A DNA stretch of 32,000 bases, taken from contig FP565575.1 of NCBI GenBank assembly GCA_000091165.1, positions 450,001 through 482,000 of the forward strand. Reading direction: 5' to 3'. This stretch comes from Candidatus Methylomirabilis oxygeniifera (GTDB lineage: Bacteria; Methylomirabilota; Methylomirabilia; Methylomirabilales; Methylomirabilaceae). The notes under the pieces are model-generated. The model searched no databases and was not told the origin of the DNA. It saw only the letters and a list, made by a program, of their open reading frames with translations. Both the position numbers and the translations under genes were made by a program. Positions 8,299 through 17,455 of the stretch are shown here, in pieces. Numbering within the stretch: the stretch's first letter is position 1; each line of letters opens with the position of its first letter.

Positions 8299-8374
8299 GC
8301 CCACGTAGCTCAGTCGGCAGAGCGCATCCTTGGTAAGGATGAGGTCACCAGTTCAATCCTGGTCGTGGGCTCCA
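8299..8374 (+). tRNA. tRNA-Thr (anticodon GGU)
   Basis: Acceptor GCCCACG/CGTGGGC-T-CCA, anticodon loop TTGGTAA, T loop TTCAATC. Confidence 0.95.
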
Positions 8375-8478
8375 GATAGGTGTTCGCGGTATCAACGTAA
8401 CAGGGGCGAGTGAATCCGCCATCGGCGGATGAGTGCCGGACGGGGAAAAGGAAGCCGTCCTTCAGGCTGGGAGATACT

Positions 8479-9681
8479 ATGGCCAAGGCGAAGTTCGAGC
8501 GGACGAAAGAACATATGAACATCGGGACCATCGGGCACATCGACCACGGCAAGACCACCCTGACCGCGGCGATCACGAAGGTCCTCCATGCGGCGAATGC
8601 GAAGGTCGCCTTCGTTCCCTTCGACCAGATCGACAAGGCGCCGGAGGAGAAGGAGCGGGGGATCACTATCAACATCGCCCACGTCGAGTATGAGACGGCC
8701 AAGCGGCACTACGCCCATGTCGACTGCCCCGGCCACGCCGACTACATCAAGAACATGATCACCGGCGCGGCTCAGATGGACGGGGCGATCCTGGTCGTCG
8801 CCGCCTCTGAGGGCCCAATGCCCCAGACCCGCGAGCACATCCTCCTGGCCCGACAGGTCAACGTCCCCAACCTGGTCGTCTTTCTGAACAAGGTCGACCT
8901 GGTGGACGATCCCGAACTGCTCGAGCTGGTCGAACTGGAGGTCCGCGAGCTGCTCACCGCCTACAACTTCCCGGGCGACGACATCCCCTTTGTCCGCGGC
9001 AGCGCGCTCAAAGCGCTGGAGACCGGCAGCGGTGACCGCAGCAACCCGGCGTCCACACCGATCTTTGAGCTCATGGACGCTGTCGACGCCTACTTCCCCG
9101 CCCCCGTCCGCGTGCTGGATAAGCCGTTCCTCATGCCGATCGAGGACGTCTTCTCGATCTCCGGACGCGGGACCGTCGTCACCGGCCGCGTCGAGCGCGG
9201 CATCATCAAGGTCAGCGACGAGGTGGAGCTCGTCGGCATCCGAGATACCCAGCGGACCGTCGTCACCGGGGTCGAGATGTTCCGGAAGCTCCTCGATCAG
9301 GGCCAGGCCGGCGACAACGTCGGGCTGCTCCTGCGAGGGACCAAGCGCGAGGAAGTAGAGCGCGGCCAGGTGGTGGCCAAGCCCGGCTCCATCCCCCCCC
9401 ATACGCGCTTTAAGGCCGAAGCCTACATCCTCACCAAGGAAGAGGGCGGTCGCCATACCCCCTTCTTCAACGGCTATCGGCCCCAGTTCTACTTCCGGAC
9501 GACTGATGTGACGGGGGTCTGCACGCTCCCCGCCGGGACCGAGATGGTCATGCCGGGCGACAACGTGAGCCTCGCGGTCGAACTGATTCAGCCGATCGCC
9601 ATGGAGAAGGAGTTGCGCTTCGCGATCCGCGAGGGCGGCCGCACTGTGGGGGCCGGCGTGGTGAGCGAGGTGTTGGAGTAG
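8479..9681 (+). CDS. tuf: Elongation factor Tu, copy 1
   Basis: [33 protein letters not shown]...[46 protein letters not shown]...NKVD; 400 aa. The track start at 8410 is an upstream extension. Confidence 0.98.
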   Translation: MAKAKFERTKEHMNIGTIGHIDHGKTTLTAAITKVLHAANAKVAFVPFDQIDKAPEEKERGITINIAHVEYETAKRHYAHVDCPGHADYIKNMITGAAQMDGAILVVAASEGPMPQTREHILLARQVNVPNLVVFLNKVDLVDDPELLELVELEVRELLTAYNFPGDDIPFVRGSALKALETGSGDRSNPASTPIFELMDAVDAYFPAPVRVLDKPFLMPIEDVFSISGRGTVVTGRVERGIIKVSDEVELVGIRDTQRTVVTGVEMFRKLLDQGQAGDNVGLLLRGTKREEVERGQVVAKPGSIPPHTRFKAEAYILTKEEGGRHTPFFNGYRPQFYFRTTDVTGVCTLPAGTEMVMPGDNVSLAVELIQPIAMEKELRFAIREGGRTVGAGVVSEVLE

Positions 9682-9691
9682 GGGGGAACAC

Positions 9692-9776
9692 GCTATCAGC
9701 TTTCAGCGGTCAGCTTTTTCTACCGCGCTTCCTGTTTTTGCTTGAGGCTGACGGCTGAGTGCTGATCGCTAATAGC
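9692..9776. repeat. Bipartite heptad repeat element, GCNNTCA / TGANNGC family
   Basis: Left arm GCTATCA GCTTTCA GCGGTCA GC (9692-9714); right arm contains TGACGGC TGAGTGC TGATCGC TAATAGC (ends 9776). Confidence 0.8.
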
Positions 9777-9804
9777 TATTATTCGAGGAGCGTACGGAGC
9801 AGCG

Positions 9805-9954
9805 ATGCGTGAGATAATCACATTGGCTTGCGGTGAGTGCAAGAGGCGAAATTATACAACGACGAAGAGTAAACAGAACACACCGGATAGGGTTGAGCTG
9901 AGTAAATACTGTCGTTGGTGCCGCAAGCACACCGCCCATAAAGAAGCAAAGTAG
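9805..9954 (+). CDS. rpmG: 50S ribosomal protein L33
   Basis: Translated by eye: [49 protein letters not shown], 49 aa with two CxxC pairs; too short for the supplied ORF track. Confidence 0.94.
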   Translation: MREIITLACGECKRRNYTTTKSKQNTPDRVELSKYCRWCRKHTAHKEAK

Positions 9955-10041
9955 ACTGTTGCGGGTTTTGAGTGTTGGGCATGACAGGAGCGACGGAGGT
10001 CGCCGCTCGAAACTCAAGACGCGAAATCTCGAACCTCGTAG

Positions 10042-10117
10042 AGGCCAGTAGCTCTAACGGCAGAGCATCGGACTCCAAATCCGAGGGTTGGGGGTTCAAA
10101 TCCCTCCTGGCCTGCCA
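10042..10117 (+). tRNA. tRNA-Trp (anticodon CCA)
   Basis: Acceptor AGGCCAG/CTGGCCT-G-CCA, anticodon loop CTCCAAA, T arm GGGGTTCAAATCCC; located between rpmG and secE. Confidence 0.95.
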
Positions 10118-10283
10118 TGTGGTGGCCAATAACCTTATCGCAATTTCAAAAGGGGAAGGTATCGGCGGCGGTTCAGTGTGAGTAGATTCATTTTCTGAAG
10201 ATCTTGAATTTGAGCAGAATATCTCGGAGTGAGGGTAAAATGATCTCCAGAAGACAGAAGGTCGGAGGAGCAGAAAGACGACG

Positions 10284-10478
10284 ATGATGGAACGGTGGCA
10301 GCAACTGGTTCAGTTCTTAAAGGAGGTCAGAACTGAGCTGAAAAGGGTCAATTGGCCTCTGAGAAAAGAAGTCGTGGGATCTACCATTGTTGTCATCGTA
10401 TCGGTGTTTATTCTCTCGTTGTTTCTCGGGGTGGTAGACGTCACGTTACAGAAGCTGCTCACCTTGGTGGTCAGATAG
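10284..10478 (+). CDS. secE: Preprotein translocase subunit SecE
   Basis: LVQFLKEVRTELKRVNWPLRKEVVGSTIVVIVSVFILSLFLGVVDVTLQKLL; sits between tRNA-Trp and nusG. Start 10284 or 10287. Confidence 0.93.
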   Translation: MMERWQQLVQFLKEVRTELKRVNWPLRKEVVGSTIVVIVSVFILSLFLGVVDVTLQKLLTLVVR

Positions 10479-10490
10479 GCGAGTCAACCA

Positions 10491-11039
10491 ATGCCAGCGA
10501 GTCAGACTATGTCGCAAAGTTGGTATGTGATTCATACGTATTCGGGTTTTGAGAACAAGGTGAAGGAGAGCATTGAACAGCGGGCTGCGGCCTTGGGATT
10601 GTCCGACAAGATCTCAAAGGTCATGATTCCCACTGAAGACGTGGTTGAGCTCAAAAAAGGCAAACGAACGGTTTCCTCGCGGAAATTCTTTCCGGGGTAC
10701 GTCCTGATTAAGGCGGAGATGTCTGAGCAGCTTTGGTATCTCGTCAAGAATACCCCGAAAGTGACCGGCTTTGTCGGTCCGGCTACGCAACCGACTCCGG
10801 TTCCAGAGGAGCAGGTGCAAACCATTCTGCAGCAGGTGGAGGAGGGGGCCGAGCGACCAAAGCACAGGGTCATGTTCCTTCGCGGAGAGAGTGTTCGAGT
10901 GATCGACGGTCCATTTGCCAACTTTACCGGTCTCGTTGACGAGGTCAAGCCCGAAAAGGGACGACTGAAGGTGATGGTCAGTATCTTCGGAAGACCGACC
11001 CCGGTGGATCTGGAGTTCTTACAGGTTGAAAAGGTTTGA
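10491..11039 (+). CDS. nusG: Transcription termination/antitermination protein NusG
   Basis: WYVIHTYSGFENKVKESIEQR, FPGYVLIKAEM, KVTGFVG, KOW motif VRVIDGPFANFTGLVDEV. Confidence 0.96.
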   Translation: MPASQTMSQSWYVIHTYSGFENKVKESIEQRAAALGLSDKISKVMIPTEDVVELKKGKRTVSSRKFFPGYVLIKAEMSEQLWYLVKNTPKVTGFVGPATQPTPVPEEQVQTILQQVEEGAERPKHRVMFLRGESVRVIDGPFANFTGLVDEVKPEKGRLKVMVSIFGRPTPVDLEFLQVEKV

Positions 11040-11088
11040 ACAAACGGCTCCAAGTTTATAGCTAACAGCTACTGCATTCGAGGTTATC

Positions 11089-11511
11089 ATGGCTAAAAAG
11101 GTCGCTGCGATAGTGAAACTTCAGGTTCCGGCCGGCAAGGCTAACCCGGCGCCGCCGGTCGGTCCCGCGCTCGGACAGCACGGCGTCAATATTATGGAGT
11201 TCTGCAAGGCCTTCAATGCGCAAACGGCGTCGGAAGAGGGCTTAGTGATTCCTGTTGTTATTACGATCTATGCGGATCGAACCTTCACGTTTGTTACCAA
11301 GACGCCTCCAGCGGCAATCCTGCTGAAGCAGGCTGTGGGAATCGCCAAGGCCTCGAAAGAGCCGAACCGTACGAAGGTCGGGAAGGTAACCAGGAAGCAG
11401 GTGGAAGAGATCGCGCGAACGAAGATGCCGGACCTGAATGCGTTGTCGATCGAGTCGGCTGTCAGGATTATTGAGGGAACGGCGAAGACCATGGGGATCG
11501 AGGTGGTCTGA
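11089..11511 (+). CDS. rplK: 50S ribosomal protein L11
   Basis: [43 protein letters not shown]. Confidence 0.97.
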   Translation: MAKKVAAIVKLQVPAGKANPAPPVGPALGQHGVNIMEFCKAFNAQTASEEGLVIPVVITIYADRTFTFVTKTPPAAILLKQAVGIAKASKEPNRTKVGKVTRKQVEEIARTKMPDLNALSIESAVRIIEGTAKTMGIEVV

Positions 11512-11514
11512 GAA

Positions 11515-11600
11515 CAGGGTACAGGGTATAGGGTATAGGGTATAGGGAGAAGGCGATCCGTTTCTTTTTCTCTCCACCCTCCACTCTCCACCCTCCACCC
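11515..11600. repeat. Bipartite heptad repeat element, TAGGGTA / CCCTCCA family
   Basis: CAGGGTA CAGGGTA TAGGGTA TAGGGTA TAGGGAG (11515-11549), ~20-nt centre, CTCTCCA CCCTCCA CTCTCCA CCCTCCA CCC (11570-11600). Confidence 0.85.
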
Positions 11601-11617
11601 TTTCCTTGGAGTGAGAT

Positions 11618-12325
11618 ATGTCGAAAGTTGGAAAGCGCTATGGAGCGGCTGCTGAAGCGGTGACACGGCTAGGCTCATGCGACCTGGTCAAGGCGATAGA
11701 GGTGGTCAAGTCGAATGCCGGGGCGAAGTTTGATGAGACCATGGAGATGGCGGTTCGCCTGGGGGTTGATCCGAAGCATGCCGATCAGATGGTCAGGGGT
11801 ACGGTCGTATTGCCCCACGGAACAGGGAAGAGTGTTCGAGTGCTGGTCTTTATGAAGGGCGAGCAAGAGAAAGATGCCCGGGAGGCCGGTGCCGACTATG
11901 TGGGCTGTGAAGACCTGATAGAGAAGATCCAGCAGGGGTGGCTTGAGTTCGATCGGGCGATTGCCACCCCGAATGTGATGGGTCTGGTGGGACGCCTCGG
12001 AAAGGTTCTTGGTCCTCGGGGATTAATGCCTAATCCGAAGACCGGTACCGTGACCTTCGATGTTGGAAGAGCGGTCAAAGAGTTCAAGGGTGGAAAGATT
12101 GAGTATCGTACAGAGAAGGCAGGGATCGTGCATGCGCCTTTCGGCAAGGCCTCGTTTACGGCGAACCAGCTCCATGAGAATGCGATGGCATTGCTGGAGG
12201 CGTTGGTCCGGGCTAAGCCGGCCTCCAGCAAGGGTCGATACCTCAATGGTGTCGCCATATCGTCGACAATGGGGCCGGGTGTGCGGGTAGATCTTGACAC
12301 CCTGGTGGGGTTGGCAAAGAGCTGA
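11618..12325 (+). CDS. rplA: 50S ribosomal protein L1
   Basis: [15 protein letters not shown]...[52 protein letters not shown]. Confidence 0.96.
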   Translation: MSKVGKRYGAAAEAVTRLGSCDLVKAIEVVKSNAGAKFDETMEMAVRLGVDPKHADQMVRGTVVLPHGTGKSVRVLVFMKGEQEKDAREAGADYVGCEDLIEKIQQGWLEFDRAIATPNVMGLVGRLGKVLGPRGLMPNPKTGTVTFDVGRAVKEFKGGKIEYRTEKAGIVHAPFGKASFTANQLHENAMALLEALVRAKPASSKGRYLNGVAISSTMGPGVRVDLDTLVGLAKS

Positions 12326-12356
12326 GGTAGCCGGCTCGCCGTGCATGGAGGGGACA

Positions 12357-12872
12357 GTGAATCGGGTAGAAAAAGCAGCAGTAATTGATGAGCTTAAGAC
12401 CGCACTGGCGGGGTCGACGGTCGCCATGCTGGCGGATCCTCAGGGTCTCACGATGAGCGACTTGACCGAGCTGAGAAAGCTGCTTCGGCAGCAGGGAGTG
12501 ACGCTTCAGGTTGTCAAAAATACCCTCGCCAGATTGGCCACCGCGGGGATGGAGCTCCAGAATCTCAAGCCCTATCTTGTCGGTCCGACCGCGATTATTT
12601 ATGGCAAGGGTGATCCAACTGCGCCGGCTAAACTCTTAGCGACGTTCGGAAAGACGAGACCGTCCTTCCAGATCAAAGCCGGTTTCGCGGAGGGAACGGT
12701 CTTAACCGGGAAAGATGCGGCGGCGCTCGCCGATCTCCCTTCACGTGAGGTGCTTGCGGCCAGACTCGCCGGTATCATGCAATCCCCCCTGCGCGGCTTC
12801 GTGACGGTGTTGAATGGACCTCTTCGTTCCTTCATGATGGTCCTGGAGGCGGTGAAGCAGCAGAAGGGGTAG
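12357..12872 (+). CDS. rplJ: 50S ribosomal protein L10
   Basis: (M)[59 protein letters not shown]; GTG 12357 behind GGAGGGG. The track start 12294 is an extension into rplA. Confidence 0.93.
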   Translation: MNRVEKAAVIDELKTALAGSTVAMLADPQGLTMSDLTELRKLLRQQGVTLQVVKNTLARLATAGMELQNLKPYLVGPTAIIYGKGDPTAPAKLLATFGKTRPSFQIKAGFAEGTVLTGKDAAALADLPSREVLAARLAGIMQSPLRGFVTVLNGPLRSFMMVLEAVKQQKG

Positions 12873-12947
12873 GGACCAGCCTTGGCCTGAAACGGCCCGG
12901 GTATCGTCGGTATATCTGTTACTATACAGTCAAGGAGAGGAGTGACG

Positions 12948-13340
12948 ATGGCAAAGGTCACAGTTGATGATGTGTTGGACTCGATTGAGACGTGGACTGT
13001 GTTGGACCTCAATAAGCTGGTAAAGGGGATTGAGGATAAATTCGGGGTCTCTGCAACGGCGATGATGCCTATGGCGGCGGTTGGCTCTGGTGGGGCTGGG
13101 GCGGCTGCAGCGCCGGCAGCTGAGGAGAAGACAGAGTTCTCGGTGATCCTCGCCTCTGTGGGAGAGAAGAAGATCCAGGTCATCAAGGAGGTGAGGGCCA
13201 TTACCGGACTGGGTCTGAAAGAGGCTAAAGACCTGGTTGAGGGCGCTCCCAAGCCGGTGAAGGAAGGGTTGTCGAAGGCTGAGGCGGAGGAGATTAAAGC
13301 GAAGCTCGAGGCGACCGGCGCGACTGCAGAACTTAAGTAA
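12948..13340 (+). CDS. rplL: 50S ribosomal protein L7/L12
   Basis: Ala-rich hinge, then [71 protein letters not shown]; start ATG 12948. Confidence 0.97.
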   Translation: MAKVTVDDVLDSIETWTVLDLNKLVKGIEDKFGVSATAMMPMAAVGSGGAGAAAAPAAEEKTEFSVILASVGEKKIQVIKEVRAITGLGLKEAKDLVEGAPKPVKEGLSKAEAEEIKAKLEATGATAELK

Positions 13341-13374
13341 TGCGGGAAGAAGGAAGAAAAGGAGTTGAGGACGT

Positions 13375-16300
13375 ATGGCCCTCGTGAAAAAGAGCGTGGC
13401 TGCTGAGCGCTGGAATTTCAGCAAGATCAAAGAGGTGATCTCTATCCCCAATCTGATTGAGATCCAGCGGCGGTCCTTCGATCAATTTTTACAAATGAAG
13501 GTTCCGCCGCACGCACGCGAGGAGATCGGTCTTCAGGGGGCCTTCGCCAGCATCTTTCCGATCTATAACTACGACCAGTCGGCGTCGCTTGATTTTGTGA
13601 AGTACGAGTTCGGGGCGCCAAAGTACCGGGCAGAGGAATCGCTGGAGAAGGGGATGACGTACTCCGTCCCGCTCAAGGTGACCCTTCGCTTGATGGTGTG
13701 GGATAAGCCGGTCGGCTCCGAGGCCGGCAGTATCAGGGACATTAAAGAGCAGGAGGTCTACCTGGGCGAAATGCCTTTGATGACGCCTCAGGGCACCTTT
13801 ATCATTAATGGAACGGAGCGGGTGGTGGTCAGCCAATTGCACCGCTCTCCAGGCGTCTTTTTTGATCATGACAGCGGTAAGACTCACCCGAGCGGTAAGA
13901 TCCTGTACTCCGCTCGTCTTATCCCGTATCGCGGTTCCTGGCTGGAATTCGAATTCGATGCGAATGACGTACTGTATGTCCGGGTAGACCGAAGGCGAAG
14001 GTTTCTGGCCTCGATCCTGCTACGAGCCATCGGCTATGGGAGTAATGAGGAGATCCTGAACCTTTTCTACGAGCGGGATATGTTACGCATCGAGAAGGGG
14101 AAGGAAATCCTGATTCATGTGGGTTCACGTGGCGCGACCAGTTTTCGGGCGAGTAAGGATATTCCCGATCCCCAAACTAAGCAACTGATCCTTGGGACGG
14201 CTAAGCGCATCACGAAGACGGCTCAGAAGCGACTCCAGGCACTGAAGATCACGGAGATATCGCTGTATAAAGAGGATCTCATCGGACGAATTGCAGCCGC
14301 TGATATTGTGAATACGGCAAGCGGTGAGGTCATCCTTGAATGTGCGCAGGAGATTACGGCAGAAGCGCTGGAGCGAATGCTGAGCAGCGGAACGGCCAGC
14401 TTCGCCGTACTGGCCAGCCTGGACGGTCGGGAAACGTTTGAGATCCGGGAGAGCATCATTCGCGACTCGACCCGCTCCGAGAAGGATGCCTTGACCGAGA
14501 TGTACCGGAGAATGCGACCCGGTGATCCGCCCAATGAGGAAGCCACCAAGGCATTCCTCGAGTCCATCTTCTTTAATCCAAAGCGCTATGACCTGTCCAA
14601 GGTCGGACGCCTGAAGATCAATCGCAAGCTTGGCCTCGACGTACCCCTTGAGGTGCATGCCCTCATGTGCCGTCGATATCGACCGAGCGGTATGGAGACA
14701 CGGATAGGTCAGATAGACGACGTCGTAGAGGCTATCCGATACCTCCTCAGGCTGAAGCACGGAGAAGCCGGGACCTCCGTCGATGATATCGACCATCTGG
14801 GCAATCGTCGAGTCCGATCGGCCGGAGAACTCCTGGAGGAACAGTTTCGGATCGGATTAGCTCGAATGGAACGGGCGGTTCGAGAGCGAATGAGTACACA
14901 GGAGTTGGAGACCCTGATGCCGCACGATCTGGTGAATGCCAAGCCGGTGACGGCGGCGCTGAAGGAGTTTTTCGGCAGCTCCCAGCTTTCTCAGTTTATG
15001 GATCAGACCAACCCGCTGGCCGAGTTGACTCACAAGCGGCGGCTGTCGGCCTTAGGCCCTGGAGGGCTGTCTCGGGAGCGGGCGGGGTTTGAGGTCCGGG
15101 ACGTACACCCGACTCACTATGGTCGGATGTGTCCTATCGAAACGCCGGAGGGTCCTAACGTCGGTCTTATTGCCAGTCTGTCCACCTATGCCCGCGTGAA
15201 TGATTTCGGCTTTATCGAGACCCCGTATCGCAAGGTTCGGGATGGTGTTGTGACCGACGAGATCGAGTATCTGACCGCCGACGAAGAGGAGAAGTATACG
15301 ATCGCGCAGGCCAACGCGGAGTTGGACGGACGGGGTCGGTTCACCTCAGATCGAATCTCGGCGCGAACCGGCGGCAACTTCGTCACGGTTCCCCCGATGA
15401 ATGTTGAGTACATGGATGTTGCCCCGAAGCAACTGGTTGGGGTGTCTACGTCGCTGGTCCCGTTCCTCGAACACGATGACGCCAATCGCGCCCTGATGGG
15501 CGCCAACATGCAACGCCAAGCGGTCCCTCTCCTACGGCCGGAAGCCCCCGTAGTCGGCACCGGAATGGAATATCCCGCGGCGCGGGATTCCGGGACCGTT
15601 GTAACGGCCCGGCGTGGCGGGATCGTCGAATCGGTGACCGCCGACCGGATCATTGTCCGCGCTTCGGACGGCAAAGGCGAAGAGGGCGAAGACGATACGG
15701 GGGTGGACATCTACTCCCTGGTGAAGTTTCGTCGCAGCAACCAGAATACCTGCCTCACACAGAAGCCGATTGTGAGCAAAGGGGAGCGGATCACGAGGGG
15801 TCAGGTTATTGCCGACGGGCCGGCGACGCAGAACGGCGAACTGGCGCTCGGACAAAACGTGATGGTCGCGTTCATGCCATGGGGTGGGTATAACTTTGAG
15901 GACGCGATTCTGATCAGCGAGCGGTTGGTGAAGGATGATCGCTATACCTCTATTCACATCGAGGAGTTCGAGATCGAGGCGCGTGAGACCAAACTGGGAA
16001 AAGAGGAGATCACGCGCGATACCCCGAATGTGGGCGAGGATGCGCTCAAAGATCTCGACGAAAGCGGGATCGTCCGGATCGGAGCCGAGGTAAAGCCAGG
16101 GGATATCCTGGTGGGGAAGGTGACTCCCAAAGGTGAAACCGTACTGACTCCGGAAGAGCGACTGCTGCGTGCCATCTTTGGCGAGAAGGCCGAGGACGTG
16201 CGGGATGCCTCGCTGTATGTTCCGCCAGGGATCTGCGGCACCGTCGTCGACGTCAAGGTCTTCTCGCGAAAAGGGGTTGAGAAGGATGAGCGGGCCAAGT

Positions 16301-17391
16301 CGATTGAAGACGAAGAGGTCAGTCGACTCCGCAAGGACTTCGAAGATGAGATTAGTATCATTGCTGCGGATCGGGATAGGAAGCTGCGTTCCCTCCTCGA
16401 TGGTATAGACGTTAGCAGAGAGATCCGGAGCAGGATTACGCGTAAGATCGTGGTTTCAAAAGGGAAGACATTAACCGGCGAGATGCTGGATAAGCTGTCC
16501 CATGAGCAGTTAGTAGATCTCGCCGGGCGATTGGACGAAGAGTTGGGTCAGAAAGCGAGCAGAATCGGCGACGCAGCGGATAATCAGGTCCACGTCCTGC
16601 AGACGCTCCTGGAGGAGCGAATCAGCAGAGCAACCCGAGGGGATGAGCTTGCTCCTGGGGTCTTTAAGATGGTGAAGGTCTACGTGGCCATGAAACGAAA
16701 GCTCTCTGTCGGTGATAAGATGGCCGGCCGACATGGGAACAAGGGTGTGATCGCGAAGGTTCTGCCTGAGGAAGATATGCCTTACCTACCTGACGGGACA
16801 CCCGTTGAGGTAGTCTTGAATCCGCTGGGCGTGCCTTCCCGAATGAACGTCGGTCAGATTCTGGAGACCCACCTCGGCTGGGCGGCGGGAGCTCTGGGGC
16901 TGCGGGTCGCCTCGCCGGTCTTTGATGGGGCCAAAGAGCAAGAGATTAAGGTCTGGCTCAAGCGAGCCAAGCTCCCAGTTTCAGGGAAGACCGTTCTCTA
17001 CGACGGACGTACCGGTAAGCCGTTCCACCAGGAGGTGACGGTCGGCTATATCTACCTTATGAAGCTGGCCCATCTTGTAGATGACAAGATTCACGCTCGA
17101 TCCATTGGGCCCTACTCGTTGATTACTCAGCAACCTCTGGGGGGCAAGGCCCAATTCGGTGGACAGCGATTCGGCGAGATGGAGGTGTGGGCGTTGGAGG
17201 CGTATGGGGCCGCGCATACCCTGCAAGAGATTCTGACCGTAAAGTCGGATGATGTCGTCGGACGAACCAAGATGTATGAGTCGATTGTTCGAGGCGACTG
17301 TACGCTCGATCCGGGGCTTCCTGAATCGTTCAATGTTCTGGTTAAAGAGCTGCAAAGTTTGGCGCTGGATGTTGAGCTGAAGAAGGAGTAG
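13375..17391 (+). CDS. rpoB: DNA-directed RNA polymerase subunit beta
   Basis: [106 protein letters not shown]; 1338 aa. Confidence 0.99.
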   Translation: MALVKKSVAAERWNFSKIKEVISIPNLIEIQRRSFDQFLQMKVPPHAREEIGLQGAFASIFPIYNYDQSASLDFVKYEFGAPKYRAEESLEKGMTYSVPLKVTLRLMVWDKPVGSEAGSIRDIKEQEVYLGEMPLMTPQGTFIINGTERVVVSQLHRSPGVFFDHDSGKTHPSGKILYSARLIPYRGSWLEFEFDANDVLYVRVDRRRRFLASILLRAIGYGSNEEILNLFYERDMLRIEKGKEILIHVGSRGATSFRASKDIPDPQTKQLILGTAKRITKTAQKRLQALKITEISLYKEDLIGRIAAADIVNTASGEVILECAQEITAEALERMLSSGTASFAVLASLDGRETFEIRESIIRDSTRSEKDALTEMYRRMRPGDPPNEEATKAFLESIFFNPKRYDLSKVGRLKINRKLGLDVPLEVHALMCRRYRPSGMETRIGQIDDVVEAIRYLLRLKHGEAGTSVDDIDHLGNRRVRSAGELLEEQFRIGLARMERAVRERMSTQELETLMPHDLVNAKPVTAALKEFFGSSQLSQFMDQTNPLAELTHKRRLSALGPGGLSRERAGFEVRDVHPTHYGRMCPIETPEGPNVGLIASLSTYARVNDFGFIETPYRKVRDGVVTDEIEYLTADEEEKYTIAQANAELDGRGRFTSDRISARTGGNFVTVPPMNVEYMDVAPKQLVGVSTSLVPFLEHDDANRALMGANMQRQAVPLLRPEAPVVGTGMEYPAARDSGTVVTARRGGIVESVTADRIIVRASDGKGEEGEDDTGVDIYSLVKFRRSNQNTCLTQKPIVSKGERITRGQVIADGPATQNGELALGQNVMVAFMPWGGYNFEDAILISERLVKDDRYTSIHIEEFEIEARETKLGKEEITRDTPNVGEDALKDLDESGIVRIGAEVKPGDILVGKVTPKGETVLTPEERLLRAIFGEKAEDVRDASLYVPPGICGTVVDVKVFSRKGVEKDERAKSIEDEEVSRLRKDFEDEISIIAADRDRKLRSLLDGIDVSREIRSRITRKIVVSKGKTLTGEMLDKLSHEQLVDLAGRLDEELGQKASRIGDAADNQVHVLQTLLEERISRATRGDELAPGVFKMVKVYVAMKRKLSVGDKMAGRHGNKGVIAKVLPEEDMPYLPDGTPVEVVLNPLGVPSRMNVGQILETHLGWAAGALGLRVASPVFDGAKEQEIKVWLKRAKLPVSGKTVLYDGRTGKPFHQEVTVGYIYLMKLAHLVDDKIHARSIGPYSLITQQPLGGKAQFGGQRFGEMEVWALEAYGAAHTLQEILTVKSDDVVGRTKMYESIVRGDCTLDPGLPESFNVLVKELQSLALDVELKKE

Positions 17392-17402
17392 CCCTGAAAG
17401 AC

Positions 17403-17436
17403 AGCGATCAGCCTTCAGCCCATAGCTGATAGCTGG
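17403..17436. repeat. Short heptad repeat element, GCNNTCA / TGANNGC family
   Basis: GCGATCA GCCTTCA GCccaTAGC TGATAGC in the rpoB-rpoC spacer; can fold back on itself. Confidence 0.55.
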
Positions 17437-17455
17437 TCTCATGTGGAGGTAGTCG

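Noticed and set aside
8410-8478. N-terminal extension of EF-Tu in the ORF track (423 aa)
   Set aside because: Extension covers the hairpin leader, has no EF-Tu similarity, and the second copy starts at the conserved [14 protein letters not shown].
11515-11600. Possible CRISPR array in the heptad tracts
   Set aside because: Units are 7 bp with no 25-40 bp repeat/spacer structure, and no cas genes are nearby.
12294-12356. Track start of rplJ at 12294 and of rpsL at 21622
   Set aside because: Both add non-homologous residues upstream of conserved N-termini; GTG 12357 and GTG 21646 have proper SD sequences.
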